Below are positions 63,600 to 64,000 of a stretch of 64,000 nucleotides of DNA, in pieces. Position 1 is the stretch's first letter. Each line of letters opens with the position of its first letter. The notes below the pieces were generated by a model, which saw nothing but the letters and a program-made list of their open reading frames with translations, had not been told where the DNA came from and made no database searches. Both the position numbers and the translations under genes were made by a program. The DNA comes from Cetorhinus maximus (taxonomy: Eukaryota): positions 5,394,001-5,458,000 of the forward strand of contig NC_135908.1 in NCBI RefSeq assembly GCF_964194155.1, read 5' to 3'.

Positions 63600-64000
63600 T
63601 GTTATTTGTGGAATCTGGTTGCATGTTTGTGGGTGTTTGCTTACATAGCAAGACTTCAAAAGTTAATTGACTGTAAGTAAGGCAGTTTGAGGTGTGATAA
63701 GAAAGGAGCGATATTACATGTTTTTTTTCCAGTACTGATGTAAGCTTGCTTCAGTTGAGATGGAGACTAAAGGATGAATAAACAAAATAACCAAGTCTAG
63801 GGACAATATCTGGAAGAAGCTTATTAGTTTTTCATTTCTATACATTTTATTTCTGTTTCATCACCTCTTGAGCAATGTAAATTTCATCACCTCTTGAACA
63901 ATGTAAATTTAAGAGGTGTGGATTATATATAGTCTATTCGAGAAGCAGGGTTGATGACATAAATGACTTTTTAAAAGTTTTCCATATTGAGTTAAATTGA

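Noticed and set aside
63856-63910. 26-bp tandem duplication
   Set aside because: Ordinary slippage with no further structure.

Overview
Vertebrate genomic DNA, most likely a shark or other cartilaginous fish (inferred from the repeat families). Host genes: (1) a complete 7-coding-exon reticulocalbin-2 (RCN2) gene on + (18368-29000, 319 aa, signal peptide, EF-hands, C-terminal HDEL) with a CpG-island non-coding first exon near 14.1 kb; (2) a divergent CpG-island first exon on - at about 9.9-10.2 kb, probably SCAPER by synteny only; (3) the first coding exon of PSTPIP1 (MTRLRFKDAFW, 55709-55741). The rest is mostly retroelements: CR1/L2-type and RTE LINE fragments, several SINE families, Penelope-like fold-back insertions with target-site duplications (TSDs) and hammerhead ribozyme motifs, and a 28S rRNA fragment. 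The standout is a 7.6-kb defective endogenous retrovirus (ERV) at 44160-51796. It has ~97% identical LTRs, a 4-bp TSD and a tRNA-Gln primer-binding site, and it is inserted at the reverse-transcriptase (RT) active-site motif of a LINE. Its 5' leader holds ~29 tandem 42-44-bp units, each containing a tRNA T-arm/Pol III B-box nearly identical to tRNA-Asp plus an A-box-like motif, followed by a T9 run just before gag. The provirus also carries two different integrase+env modules in tandem and no recognisable RT. All coordinates were counted by hand; repeat boundaries are approximate and family names are from recall, not database searches.
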